Numbered from the stretch's first letter, positions 27,825 through 37,402 are shown. The stretch is DNA of 39,522 bases from Aquirufa sp. (GCA_049418705.1 JBMSJH010000001.1:1-39522), one strand, 5' to 3'. Made by a program: numbers and translations. The notes: generated by a model not told the origin, from the letters alone.

Positions 27825-28906
27825 TGGGGGAAAATAGCTGGGAGGATGGAATTTCAAGGGGCGCTGCACTCGCGGCGTGGCGTTTGCCCCATGCCTCTGA
27901 AGCCTATCTATTACAGGATTTTCAAGGTGGATCTCAGCTGTCTGAGGGTTGGAATGTAGCGGATTTGCCAGCCGGATTCTTAGCTGCTCCGTTCATCGGT
28001 TTGCCTTATTTTTTAGCCTCTGATTCATTGACTTCTTGGACTTTGCCTGCAGAGTCAACACCCATCAACATCGTATTCGATGAAGAGGATTCTATTAAAA
28101 AACAAGAGTTCAAATCCTGGGTGTCCTCCGCAATCGAAGCCATTAAACAAGGGCCTTTGCAAAAGGTGGTCTTGTCCCGAACCGATGTAAAGGAATTGCC
28201 TGCGGGCTTTTCTATCGTATCTGCACTCGAGGAATTAGCGTCCGCTTATCCGAACGCCTTTGTTTGTGCGATTTCCATACCGGCATTAGACGGTGTTTGG
28301 ATGTGTGCCACGCCAGAAATTTTAGTGGAGCAAAAGGATGGGGTTTTCAGAACGATCTCCCTAGCTGGGACCCAGTCGGGAGTGGATGATCAGGGGAATG
28401 CCTTGTCTACAGCTCAAGCAAGGTGGTCCCAAAAAGAAATTGAAGAGCAGGCTTTCGTTAGCCGATACATTATTGATTGTTTTAAAAAGATTCGCTTGCG
28501 GGAATATACCGAGTTAGGTCCTAAGACCATTTCAACCGGAAATTTACTGCACTTGAAGACGGAGTATATCGTAGACACGAAAGCGATGGATTTCCCTCAG
28601 TTGCCTGGTTTAATGTTAGGCCTTTTACATCCAACCTCTGCGGTTTGTGGAACACCGAAGCAGGAGGCGATTGAGTTTATTTTAAAAACAGAAACGCACG
28701 ATCGATCGATGTATTCTGGGTATCTAGGACCGGTGAATATCGATGGGAACACGCATTTGTTTGTGAACTTACGAACCGTCAAAATCACGGGTAATCAGGC
28801 GGAATATTATGCGGGTTGCGGAATCACAGAGGACTCAGATCCGGAGAAAGAGTGGCAGGAAACACAGATGAAATGCCAAACCTTGCAGCGCGTTCTAATG
28901 CAATAA
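27824..28906 (+). CDS. menF: Isochorismate synthase (chorismate-binding protein)
   Basis: KVVLSR, ATPE, SLAGT, KEIEEQ, LHPTSAVCG, YSGYLG, VNLR and YAGCGI...EWQETQMK. Confidence 0.85.
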   Translation: MGENSWEDGISRGAALAAWRLPHASEAYLLQDFQGGSQLSEGWNVADLPAGFLAAPFIGLPYFLASDSLTSWTLPAESTPINIVFDEEDSIKKQEFKSWVSSAIEAIKQGPLQKVVLSRTDVKELPAGFSIVSALEELASAYPNAFVCAISIPALDGVWMCATPEILVEQKDGVFRTISLAGTQSGVDDQGNALSTAQARWSQKEIEEQAFVSRYIIDCFKKIRLREYTELGPKTISTGNLLHLKTEYIVDTKAMDFPQLPGLMLGLLHPTSAVCGTPKQEAIEFILKTETHDRSMYSGYLGPVNIDGNTHLFVNLRTVKITGNQAEYYAGCGITEDSDPEKEWQETQMKCQTLQRVLMQ

Positions 28907-30214
28907 TTCGGTCGACGGAGCAGGCGTAATTTTGCCCGTAATCAGTACTTTCACCGTGTCAATTCGTGCATCGGTTGTCGTTAAAATCTGGAATTGGAAA
29001 GGAGCTAAAGTGATGAGCTCGTTCACTTGCGGAATATCCTCGTACAGGCTAATCAACATCCCACCTAGGGTTTCATAATCCCCCTCTGGCAGATTCCATT
29101 CGTATTTTTCGTTCAAATAATCAATCTCGTGACGGCCAGAAAGGACGAAAGTAGTCTCGTCAATTTGCTTTTCGATCCAGTCTTCCGAATCATCATATTC
29201 ATCTTGAATCTCGCCAAAAATCTGCTCCATCACATCCTCCATGCTCACTAATCCACTGGTAGAACCAAACTCGTCTACAACCAAAGCAAGCGATTTACGC
29301 TCTTTCGAGAACTTAATCATTAAGTCATTTGCCGGCATCGCCTCCGGAACGATGGGAATGCTAGTCAGGATGGATTGTAAATCTTTGGGTTTCTTAAATA
29401 GGGCCAAAGAATGGCAATAGCCCACCACCTCTTCCAAGGTCTCTTTGTACACTAGCACTTTCGAGTGACCACTTTCTAAAAATACCTCCTTTAGCTTTTC
29501 GATACCATCTTCTAGGTCGATGGCCGTGATTTCTGTTCGAGGAATCATACAATCACGCACTTTCACCTGCTTAAACTCGAGGGCATTATGGAAAATTTTA
29601 TGATCTACTTCGGCTTCCTGTTCGGTGGAGACTTTGCGGTTGAGGTTTTGGAGGTAATGATTCAAATCCGTTAAACCGAAGGCCGGTTTTTCCTCCGAAT
29701 ACGCTAAACGCAAGACTTTCGTAATGAACCATTTCGATAATCCCACCGTCACCCAAACCAAGGGGAACATCAAGGTATAAATCACCCAAATAGGGATGGC
29801 TAAGAATTCTAAAATAGCGTCTGGGTTGATCAAAAATACGCTTTTAGGGGTGAATTCTGACGTCATCAAGATCAAAATGGTCGCGACTATAGATGCCACT
29901 AAACGAGCTAAAATCTCGTTTATGGATAAATAATGCAGCACCACATGGTGCAAAAACTCCTCCATAAAAATACCATAGGCCACGAGGGAGAGGGTATTTC
30001 CAATCAGCATCGTGCCGATAAAGCGGGAGGGATGCTGGTTAAAATTGGCGATAATTTTTGCGCTCAGGATATCCTGTTTAGCCTTCAGTTCGAAGTATAA
30101 TTTATTCGAAGAAACGAAGGCCATCTCGACCCCAGAAAAGAAGGCAGAGAAAACCATCGATGCGACGATCCCGATGATTTGGGCATTATCTAAACTGATA
30201 TTACTTTCTGTCAT
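28895..30214 (-). CDS. CNNM(DUF21)-CBS-CorC 'hemolysin family' membrane protein
   Basis: SAFFSGVEMA, SEFTPK, VRDCMIPR, VVDEFG..GLVSMEDVMEQIFGEIQDEYD and YETLGG. Confidence 0.9.
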   Translation of the reverse strand: MTESNISLDNAQIIGIVASMVFSAFFSGVEMAFVSSNKLYFELKAKQDILSAKIIANFNQHPSRFIGTMLIGNTLSLVAYGIFMEEFLHHVVLHYLSINEILARLVASIVATILILMTSEFTPKSVFLINPDAILEFLAIPIWVIYTLMFPLVWVTVGLSKWFITKVLRLAYSEEKPAFGLTDLNHYLQNLNRKVSTEQEAEVDHKIFHNALEFKQVKVRDCMIPRTEITAIDLEDGIEKLKEVFLESGHSKVLVYKETLEEVVGYCHSLALFKKPKDLQSILTSIPIVPEAMPANDLMIKFSKERKSLALVVDEFGSTSGLVSMEDVMEQIFGEIQDEYDDSEDWIEKQIDETTFVLSGRHEIDYLNEKYEWNLPEGDYETLGGMLISLYEDIPQVNELITLAPFQFQILTTTDARIDTVKVLITGKITPAPSTELLH

Positions 30215-30419
30215 CTTTTTCTTTCTTGATGCGTTCGTTCTTCGCGTATTGGTAATAGAACAGGCAGCCTACGCCGTACATTAGCCAGCCGTAATGGTAG
30301 AAAATTTCTCCCCAAAACTGCCCTTTCACCTCTGCAGGTGTCGGACTATTCAAATCGATGATCCAGATGAGGATGAAACCGATAGCCGCAGCTAAACTTA
30401 AGATCTCTTTCTTTCCCAT
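30201..30419 (-). CDS. Small two-TM hypothetical protein (72 aa)
   Basis: Two hydrophobic segments and a basic tail. It starts 1 nt after the ccmF stop and overlaps the start of the next gene. Confidence 0.75.
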   Translation of the reverse strand: MGKKEILSLAAAIGFILIWIIDLNSPTPAEVKGQFWGEIFYHYGWLMYGVGCLFYYQYAKNERIKKEKDDRK

Positions 30420-30420
30420 A

Positions 30421-32970
30421 TTAGGCTGCTATTGTAGGTTTCAATCGACGATAGGTGGCGATAAACAAACCGATAAACACGAGGATAGATCCGATCCAAA
30501 CCAAGTTGATGTAGGGTTTTTCCAACGCCTTCACGACGATTAATTCTTGTTGAGTCGTATTCCACGCAAACCCAAATTCCTGTGATTGCGGGTTAATGCC
30601 GGTAAATTTAATCTTAATTCCGGTTTCTTCACTTTCAAAAGCTGGCATAGCGACCATTCCTCCTTTGATGACGAAAATAGGGCTCAGCGTAAACTGCTGA
30701 GAGTTCTTGCCTAATACTTGGAAGTTCGCTTGAACCGCTGCATCGTTTGCGCCTAATTCAACTCCATCGACATTCGTCACTCGGTTTACCTCTTTCAGAA
30801 TGGCTACAAAGTCGTTGATGAACAAGGTGTCCCCTGTCGTGACCGTTTGCTCCTCCGTTTGCGACCACTGTTTTTCAGAGCCAGCTTCCGCCGCTAGACG
30901 TGGATCAAGTGAAACGTAGGTATATATGTCGTGGTTCCAAGCATGCTTCACATCAGGAGAAATGGCCGTTCCCATTTTCGGGTTCACTTGCCATCTTGGG
31001 AAAAGAGAAACGGCTTTACCTTCCTCGTTCTTAAATTCTAATTCGTAATAGGTATTCTCTGGTTCCACCGTCACGGTGTCTCCTTTGCTAGCGATTTTTA
31101 CGCCATCCCGTTCGATATTTTTCAAAGCCACCGCGTGGAAATCACCCTCAATAACCTCAAAATCGTTCTTGTTGAAATAACCCTTTTGACCCCGAACCTC
31201 GATGCGGCGACCTTTGTAAGTCACTAAATAATCTTGCATTTGAGCGCCTTGACCGAGCCAAAGCGGTAAGTTTTCCTTGTTTTCTTTGTTATTGTCCTTC
31301 GTAAATTCCTCCACTTTCGTGCTAATCGCGAAGCCGGAGCGGTTTAACGATACAACTTTTGAATAACCTGCTGAGAATAAAATACCGATCAACATGATTG
31401 CTAAACCGACGTGTGCTACGGCACCGCCCACCAGAGAGAACTTTTCGCGGATCAGGAACCAAAGGATTTTGAAGTTCGCTAACACCGCGAACAATCCACT
31501 CCATAATAGGATGATGTAGGAAATCGTGTAAATCTTACCGATGTTGATGAACACGACACTTAAAAGAGTCGCCACCAATGCTGGATTGATTAGAGGCTTG
31601 AAGCTCGTGTTTTGCTTGATTTTTCCCCACCACACATATTGACCGATGCCACTTAAAATAGTAACTGCGACGAATATCCAAATTTGAATCTTGCTATAAT
31701 GTTCTGCCTGATCAGCCGGTAACGCAATATTAGAGAGAAGCCCAAAAGCCTCCGCAATTTTATTGTACACTGGAATCGAAGTCGTAAACGTTAATTGGAA
31801 GGCAGATAAGCCTAAAACGGCTGCACCCACGAATACCCAAAATTCGCGGTTATAGGTCCCTAGTTCTTTGGAATCCTGAGGCAAATCCTTCCAACGGTAA
31901 ATCGACATAGCAATGGCTACAAAAAGGAAGGTCCCCATGTACAACAAGAGCTGACCAGAAAGACCTAAATCCGTAAAGGAGTGCACAGAGGCATTTCCTA
32001 AGATTCCAGAACGGTTCAAGAAGGTCGAGTACAAGACTAAAATGAAGGTCGCAATGACTAAGATAATCGAGGTCTTTAAAGCCGAACTCGACGTTTTGTG
32101 CGCGATCATCGTATGGATGGCACCTAACAAAACTAACCAGGGCACAAACGAGGCATTCTCCACCGGATCCCAGTTCCAATAGCCCCCAAAATTCAAAGTC
32201 TCATAGGCCCAATAAGCCCCCATCATGATACCAATTCCTAGTACCCCTGCAGCAAAAAGTGCCCAAGGCAAAGCTGGTAGCACCCATTCCGTTAATTTCT
32301 TCTTCCACAATCCTGCGATTAAATACGCAAAAGGAACTAATGTCAAGGCAAAACCCAAAAACAACGTAGGCGGGTGAATCACCATCCAATAGTTTTGTAA
32401 AAGGGGATTTAATCCACGTCCGTCTTTGGGAATAAAATTCGGCTGCATACTCCAAACCGGAAGATCCGGCTGCGCCTCACGCAACAACAAGAACGGAGAA
32501 GAACCTATTTTCAAATCAATCCAAGGAATAATCACGCCTAAAATCATGGACGTCAAAAACGTCTGCACGAGCGCAAAAACCGTCATCACCGGCGACTCCC
32601 ATCTCGGATTTTTGATCATCAATAATAGGCCTAAAACCGCCTGCCAGAAAATCCACAACAAAAACGAACCTTCTTGACCCTCCCAATAACAGGAAATCAT
32701 GAACATGGTAGGCAATTGCAAAGAGGAGTGCGTAAACGCGTAATGGTACTCGAAATAGTGGTTATAAATAATGACGAAGAGGCTAGCCGCCACCACGATC
32801 ACCGCAATCAAATGCAGTCCGAATAAAACCCGGGCAGTTAATTTCCAATCATTCTCTAATTCGTTCGTGGATTGCGCTGATTTGAAATACGCAAACGTCG
32901 CTAGAAGCGCCGTTACGAAGGAAATAATGACAAATAAATGTCCAACCGAACCGATGGTTTCGTGTATCAT
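30421..32970 (-). CDS. ccmF: Cytochrome c biogenesis haem lyase CcmF
   Basis: WEGQEGSFLLW, DGRGLNPLLQ..MVIHPP, WWD domain WAYETLNFGGYWNWDPVENAS, and RSGIL..SVHSF. Confidence 0.93.
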   Translation of the reverse strand: MIHETIGSVGHLFVIISFVTALLATFAYFKSAQSTNELENDWKLTARVLFGLHLIAVIVVAASLFVIIYNHYFEYHYAFTHSSLQLPTMFMISCYWEGQEGSFLLWIFWQAVLGLLLMIKNPRWESPVMTVFALVQTFLTSMILGVIIPWIDLKIGSSPFLLLREAQPDLPVWSMQPNFIPKDGRGLNPLLQNYWMVIHPPTLFLGFALTLVPFAYLIAGLWKKKLTEWVLPALPWALFAAGVLGIGIMMGAYWAYETLNFGGYWNWDPVENASFVPWLVLLGAIHTMIAHKTSSSALKTSIILVIATFILVLYSTFLNRSGILGNASVHSFTDLGLSGQLLLYMGTFLFVAIAMSIYRWKDLPQDSKELGTYNREFWVFVGAAVLGLSAFQLTFTTSIPVYNKIAEAFGLLSNIALPADQAEHYSKIQIWIFVAVTILSGIGQYVWWGKIKQNTSFKPLINPALVATLLSVVFINIGKIYTISYIILLWSGLFAVLANFKILWFLIREKFSLVGGAVAHVGLAIMLIGILFSAGYSKVVSLNRSGFAISTKVEEFTKDNNKENKENLPLWLGQGAQMQDYLVTYKGRRIEVRGQKGYFNKNDFEVIEGDFHAVALKNIERDGVKIASKGDTVTVEPENTYYELEFKNEEGKAVSLFPRWQVNPKMGTAISPDVKHAWNHDIYTYVSLDPRLAAEAGSEKQWSQTEEQTVTTGDTLFINDFVAILKEVNRVTNVDGVELGANDAAVQANFQVLGKNSQQFTLSPIFVIKGGMVAMPAFESEETGIKIKFTGINPQSQEFGFAWNTTQQELIVVKALEKPYINLVWIGSILVFIGLFIATYRRLKPTIAA

Positions 32971-32972
32971 AT

Positions 32973-33416
32973 TTAATTTTTTACCGCTACTGAGGCACTA
33001 GAGTCTGCTGAAATTTTACCTTCTTGGTATTTGGAAGGGCACTTTAATAGAATTTTATCGCAATAGAATGTTTTGTCTGCATGCATGCTGCCCACTAAAA
33101 CGATCTTCTCTGATTTTTCAAAGTCTTGAGGCTTCGGTGCCGCATAAACCACCTGGTTTTCACGCCCTAAGCTATCTTGCACTAGAAATTCTAGGCGATT
33201 AGCATCTAATGCGGGGTTGTAATTCATCCCGATAATTTGGCCGGCTGCATCTTTTTTCAAGGTACCCACCACGTGTACTTTTTGGTTCGGATCTTGTTGT
33301 GAAATACGTTCCGCCTCGTCAAAACCTACATAAGTACTCGCATCGCCAGTTGTAATCAAAATAATACCGATGGCGACAGCGATTAAAATCAATCCGATGA
33401 TGTGTGTCTTTTTCAT
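32973..33416 (-). CDS. ccmE: Haem chaperone CcmE, CxxxY variant
   Basis: N-terminal anchor and OB-fold; ILLKCPSKY replaces LAKHDENY. Confidence 0.9.
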   Translation of the reverse strand: MKKTHIIGLILIAVAIGIILITTGDASTYVGFDEAERISQQDPNQKVHVVGTLKKDAAGQIIGMNYNPALDANRLEFLVQDSLGRENQVVYAAPKPQDFEKSEKIVLVGSMHADKTFYCDKILLKCPSKYQEGKISADSSASVAVKN

Positions 33417-33619
33417 TTGTTGCGTTTTTCTAAAGCTGATACTTTACTCTCCAAACGGAATAAATAAGCAAACAATCCGATTAATACGACGCTAACCACC
33501 GCGATCACTACATAGATTTTTCCGTCAGCGCGGAATTGATCTGCCATTTCGATTTCGCTCGCTTGTGCTGATGCTACAAAGCTAATTAAGCTGAAAAAAA
33601 GAATAAATACTGCTTTCAT
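33413..33619 (-). CDS. ccmD: CcmD family protein
   Basis: 68 aa with a TM helix and charged tail, between ccmC and ccmE with overlapping start/stop codons. Confidence 0.75.
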   Translation of the reverse strand: MKAVFILFFSLISFVASAQASEIEMADQFRADGKIYVVIAVVSVVLIGLFAYLFRLESKVSALEKRNK

Positions 33620-34287
33620 TATAACTCGTTTTGTTGTTCTAAATTCTTAATTCGAATGCGGATTTGCGCAATCCAATAGCCTAATAATGTCCAACCAATA
33701 ATCGCAGGATAAAAGACCATGCGCATTCGGTTATCTAAGTCCATTTTCGAAAAAGCGGGGTTTCCGCCATTTCCTGGGTGTAAGGAGTCTGTCATACGAG
33801 GCAAAATCCAAATCAACACCATAAAGATCACGAAAGCGAAGATGTTGTAAACCGACGAAATTCGCGCTTTCTGCATCTCATCTGGCATCGATGATCTAAC
33901 TAGCGAATAGGCTAGGTAGATAAGTAAACCAATAGCGACTGAATTTAGTTTCGGGTCGTTTGTCCACCAATCTCCCCAGGTAAATTTCGCCCACACACTC
34001 CCCGTAATCAAACCTAAAATGGCAAACACCATTCCGACCTCCACATACGTGCTCGAAATCAGGTCTGATTTCAGATCAGATTTACGCAAGTATTGAATGG
34101 AATGATACACCGATGTTCCTAATAGGAAAATCATCGTGAACCACATGGTCACGTGAAAATACAGATTACGGATCGTCTCGTTCAAAATGGGTTGACGCGG
34201 CACCGCCCCGTTAAATCCAGCATAGACCGTGTAGATCAATAAGATGATCGACAAAATCTTCCAATATTGGCGTTTTAATGTTTCCAT
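33619..34287 (-). CDS. ccmC: Haem exporter CcmC
   Basis: RNLYFHV, WWD motif GSVWAKFTWGDWWTNDPKL, and SLHP. Confidence 0.92.
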   Translation of the reverse strand: METLKRQYWKILSIILLIYTVYAGFNGAVPRQPILNETIRNLYFHVTMWFTMIFLLGTSVYHSIQYLRKSDLKSDLISSTYVEVGMVFAILGLITGSVWAKFTWGDWWTNDPKLNSVAIGLLIYLAYSLVRSSMPDEMQKARISSVYNIFAFVIFMVLIWILPRMTDSLHPGNGGNPAFSKMDLDNRMRMVFYPAIIGWTLLGYWIAQIRIRIKNLEQQNEL

Positions 34288-34943
34288 ATGTAAGGGAATA
34301 AGATCCCAGAAAATACAACAACAATGATATCTAATGCTCCTAAAATGGCGATCTCATCCCAGTTCTCTGCGAGTGAAATTCCATCTAGTGCACTTTTGGA
34401 CAATTTTAATAATAACAACAACAACGGAATGATCAACGGAAAGCTCATAACCGCCATCAAAGTGGCTGAATTCTCTCCTTGGGCGGCGATTCCTGCCACT
34501 AACGAAAGGGTAGAAGCAAAACCGATAGCCCCTAAAAATAGTGAAAGGAGATAGAGCGGCATGTTTCCAACTGGATTCCCCATCACCCAAGAATAAAAGA
34601 ATATACCGATGAAAGATACGCCCAGCATCACCAAGGTATTGTAGATGATTTTGCTGAAAATGACCGATTCTGGCTTAGCAAACGTATAATAAAAGATATT
34701 TCGATTCGCTGATTCTTGCGTAAAACTCTTGCCTACAGCATTCACGGCAGAGAAAAGTAAGATGATCCAAAACAGCGTATTCCACATAATTGGATGGATC
34801 GATTGTTGCTTCGCTTTGAAGGACAAATAGCAGATGAAAATAGTCGCGGCTAAGTACAGCACTAGACCATGGATCGCATATTTATTGCGCCACTCTAATT
34901 GCATTTCTTTGCGAATCAATACGAAAATTTCAGTTAATGCCAT
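34275..34943 (-). CDS. ccmB: Haem exporter permease CcmB
   Basis: IRKEMQLEWR, LFWIILLFSA and LMAVMSFPLIIPLL. First gene of the ccm operon; likely start MALTE at 34943. Confidence 0.88.
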   Translation of the reverse strand: MALTEIFVLIRKEMQLEWRNKYAIHGLVLYLAATIFICYLSFKAKQQSIHPIMWNTLFWIILLFSAVNAVGKSFTQESANRNIFYYTFAKPESVIFSKIIYNTLVMLGVSFIGIFFYSWVMGNPVGNMPLYLLSLFLGAIGFASTLSLVAGIAAQGENSATLMAVMSFPLIIPLLLLLLKLSKSALDGISLAENWDEIAILGALDIIVVVFSGILFPYIWKH

Positions 34944-35004
34944 GAACCTGCAATTTACGACAGAAAAAACTATTTGTATCATTTTTTAGCTCAGAAATAC
35001 TTAG

Positions 35005-35038
35005 TACATTTGTGTCTAATTTTGAATTATTCTAAATA
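35005..35038 (+). promoter_or_regulatory. feoAB promoter with Fur-like palindromic operator
   Basis: -7 box TACATTTG (35005-35012) followed by ATTTTGAAT-T-ATTCTAAAT (35019-35037), an inverted repeat with 8 of 9 positions matched. Confidence 0.65.
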
Positions 35039-35044
35039 GTGAAC

Positions 35045-35272
35045 ATGGCAAATTTGGCCGACTTGAAGATTGGTGAAAAGGGGGAGATAGTGGGCTTCAC
35101 GGACGAGTTGCTTTCGTTAAAACTATTAGAGATGGGTTGTTTGCCAGGAACTGAGGTGATTTTGACCCATTTGGCTCCTTTTGGTGATCCCATAGCAATT
35201 CGGGTTTCTGGCTCATACACCTTGTCCATGAGACGGGAAGAAGCGGAAACGATGCTGATTAAAAGAACATAA
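35045..35272 (+). CDS. feoA: Ferrous iron transport protein A
   Basis: KLLEMGCLPG, APFGDPIAI and LSMRREEA motifs; directly upstream of feoB. Confidence 0.93.
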   Translation: MANLADLKIGEKGEIVGFTDELLSLKLLEMGCLPGTEVILTHLAPFGDPIAIRVSGSYTLSMRREEAETMLIKRT

Positions 35273-35275
35273 ATT

Positions 35276-37402
35276 TTGGCAAAAACACCTAAAATAGCGC
35301 TGATTGGGAATCCCAATGCAGGAAAATCATCTCTCTTCAACTCCCTAACGGGTTTGAATCAGAAGACGGGAAATTTTCCGGGAGTAACCATGGAGAAGCT
35401 GACGGGGATTTGGGAATTAGAGCCCAAACGTCCCGTGGAAATTTTAGATTTGCCAGGTATCTATAGTATTTATCCGAAGTCCATCGACGAGGAATTAGTT
35501 ATCAATATTTTAGCGGATCCCAGCCATCCTGATTTTCCGGATATGGCCATCGTGGTCGCAGATGCATCCAATTTAAAGCGTAATCTCTTATTGTTCTCCC
35601 AAGTGCGTGACCTAGGAATTCCGACGGTATTGGCTTTGAACATGATTGATGTAGCGGAGAATGAAGGTTACGTCATCAATTCCATCAAATTAGCGCGTGA
35701 ACTGAACGTCGAAGTGGCAGAAGTGAATGCTAAAAGAGGAATCGGTCTAAACGGTTTGAAATTAGCCGTCGTGAAGACCTTAGAGAATCGTTTTGCATCG
35801 AACGACGCCTTGCCTTTACCTATTTCAGAAGAACTAATTCAGGATGTTCAATCACAATTTGGTGAGGCAGAGCCTTATCGCTCCATGTTGTGGTTAATGG
35901 AACATGATCGGATGAAGATGTTCTCGCAAGTACAACGCGAAACCTTCGACGACATTCAAAACAAGCATCAATTCTCTTCAAAAAAATACCAGTCAGAGGA
36001 AACGGTCAAGCGTTACGAGCAAATCACGGAGGTGGTGGACCGTTGTGTGATTAATTTGAATCGCAAATGGGATGCGGCACCCGTTCGAACTTGGACGGAT
36101 CGCTTGGATAAATTCTTTTTGCACCCCGTGGGAGGCTATGTGTTCTTTTTAGCCATCCTTTTTGTGATGTTCCAAGCCGTATTTACCTGGGCGACCTATC
36201 CGATGGATTTGATCGACGGAGGAGTTGCGGCGCTGAATGATTGGTTGAAAGGGGTATTGCCGGAGTCGGCTTTGACGGCTCTTTTAACGGATGGTTTGAT
36301 TGCGGGTATCGGCGGCGTTTTGATTTTCATTCCCCAGATCGCCTTCTTGTTTTTATTCATCTCTCTTTTAGAAGAGACCGGTTATATGTCGCGCGTGATG
36401 TTCATTATGGACAAATTGATGCGCCGATTTGGTTTGAATGGTAAATCAGTGGTGCCCTTGATTTCTGGGGTGGCCTGTGCAGTTCCGGCGATTATGAGTA
36501 CTAGGTCCATTGGTTCTTGGAAGGATCGTCTGATTACGATTTTAGTGACGCCGTTGATGTCTTGCTCGGCGCGTTTACCTATTTATACGGTGTTGATTGC
36601 CTTGGTGGTGCCGGAGAAAAATACGCTTTTTGGTTTGTTTAATCTGCAAGGAGTAGCCCTATTCGGCCTTTATTTATTAGGCTTCTTTATGGCATTGGTT
36701 TCTGCGTGGGTGATGAAGGTGATTTTACAGGCCAAAGAAAAGAGTTATTTCATCATGGAATTACCCACCTACAAGGGGCCGCGATTTAAGCACGTGGCGC
36801 TGACTATTTGGAATTCGGTGAATGCCTTTGTGTTCGAAGCGGGTAAAATTATTGTTGCCATTTCGATTGTGTTATGGGTCTTAGCGAGCTATGGTCCGGG
36901 TGATAAAATTGCCCAATCAGAAGCGCGTGTTCGTCAAGATAACCCGACGCTTCAAGGGGTGGAATTAGCGAATAAGATTTCAGCACAGAAACTGGAGAAT
37001 TCGTATGCGGGACACTTTGGGCACTTTGTGGAGCCTGTTATTCGTCCGCTAGGATACGATTGGAAGATCGGAATTGCCTTGATTACGTCTTTCGCCGCTC
37101 GCGAAGTGTTCGTGGGAACGATGTCTACGATTTATAGTATGGGCGGAGAGGTAGATGATGAAAATGCGACGATTAAAAACCGGATGCGCGCTGAAATTAA
37201 TCCAGCTACGGGCAAACCGATGTACGATGCTGCACTAGGATTCTCCTTGTTGATATTTTATGCTTTTGCGATGCAGTGTATGAGTACACTGGCTACAACT
37301 TACCGCGAGACGAAATCGTGGAAATATCCACTTATCCAGTTTGGGTATATGACGGCTTTGGCCTACTTATCAGCCTTCGCCGTCTACCAATTATTATCTT
37401 AG
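35276..37402 (+). CDS. feoB: Ferrous iron transport protein B (TTG start)
   Basis: GNPNAGKS, GNFPGVT, DLPGIYS, LNMID, LEETGYMSR, CAVPAIM, MSCSARLP and AAREVFV. Confidence 0.96.
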   Translation: MAKTPKIALIGNPNAGKSSLFNSLTGLNQKTGNFPGVTMEKLTGIWELEPKRPVEILDLPGIYSIYPKSIDEELVINILADPSHPDFPDMAIVVADASNLKRNLLLFSQVRDLGIPTVLALNMIDVAENEGYVINSIKLARELNVEVAEVNAKRGIGLNGLKLAVVKTLENRFASNDALPLPISEELIQDVQSQFGEAEPYRSMLWLMEHDRMKMFSQVQRETFDDIQNKHQFSSKKYQSEETVKRYEQITEVVDRCVINLNRKWDAAPVRTWTDRLDKFFLHPVGGYVFFLAILFVMFQAVFTWATYPMDLIDGGVAALNDWLKGVLPESALTALLTDGLIAGIGGVLIFIPQIAFLFLFISLLEETGYMSRVMFIMDKLMRRFGLNGKSVVPLISGVACAVPAIMSTRSIGSWKDRLITILVTPLMSCSARLPIYTVLIALVVPEKNTLFGLFNLQGVALFGLYLLGFFMALVSAWVMKVILQAKEKSYFIMELPTYKGPRFKHVALTIWNSVNAFVFEAGKIIVAISIVLWVLASYGPGDKIAQSEARVRQDNPTLQGVELANKISAQKLENSYAGHFGHFVEPVIRPLGYDWKIGIALITSFAAREVFVGTMSTIYSMGGEVDDENATIKNRMRAEINPATGKPMYDAALGFSLLIFYAFAMQCMSTLATTYRETKSWKYPLIQFGYMTALAYLSAFAVYQLLS

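Noticed and set aside
28895-30214. 'Hemolysin' as a toxin
   Set aside because: CNNM-CBS-CorC architecture indicates a Mg2+/divalent cation transporter family.
34409-34424. Short AAT/AAC triplet run in ccmB
   Set aside because: It encodes a poly-Leu TM stretch (IPLLLLLLK) on the minus strand; not a contingency locus.
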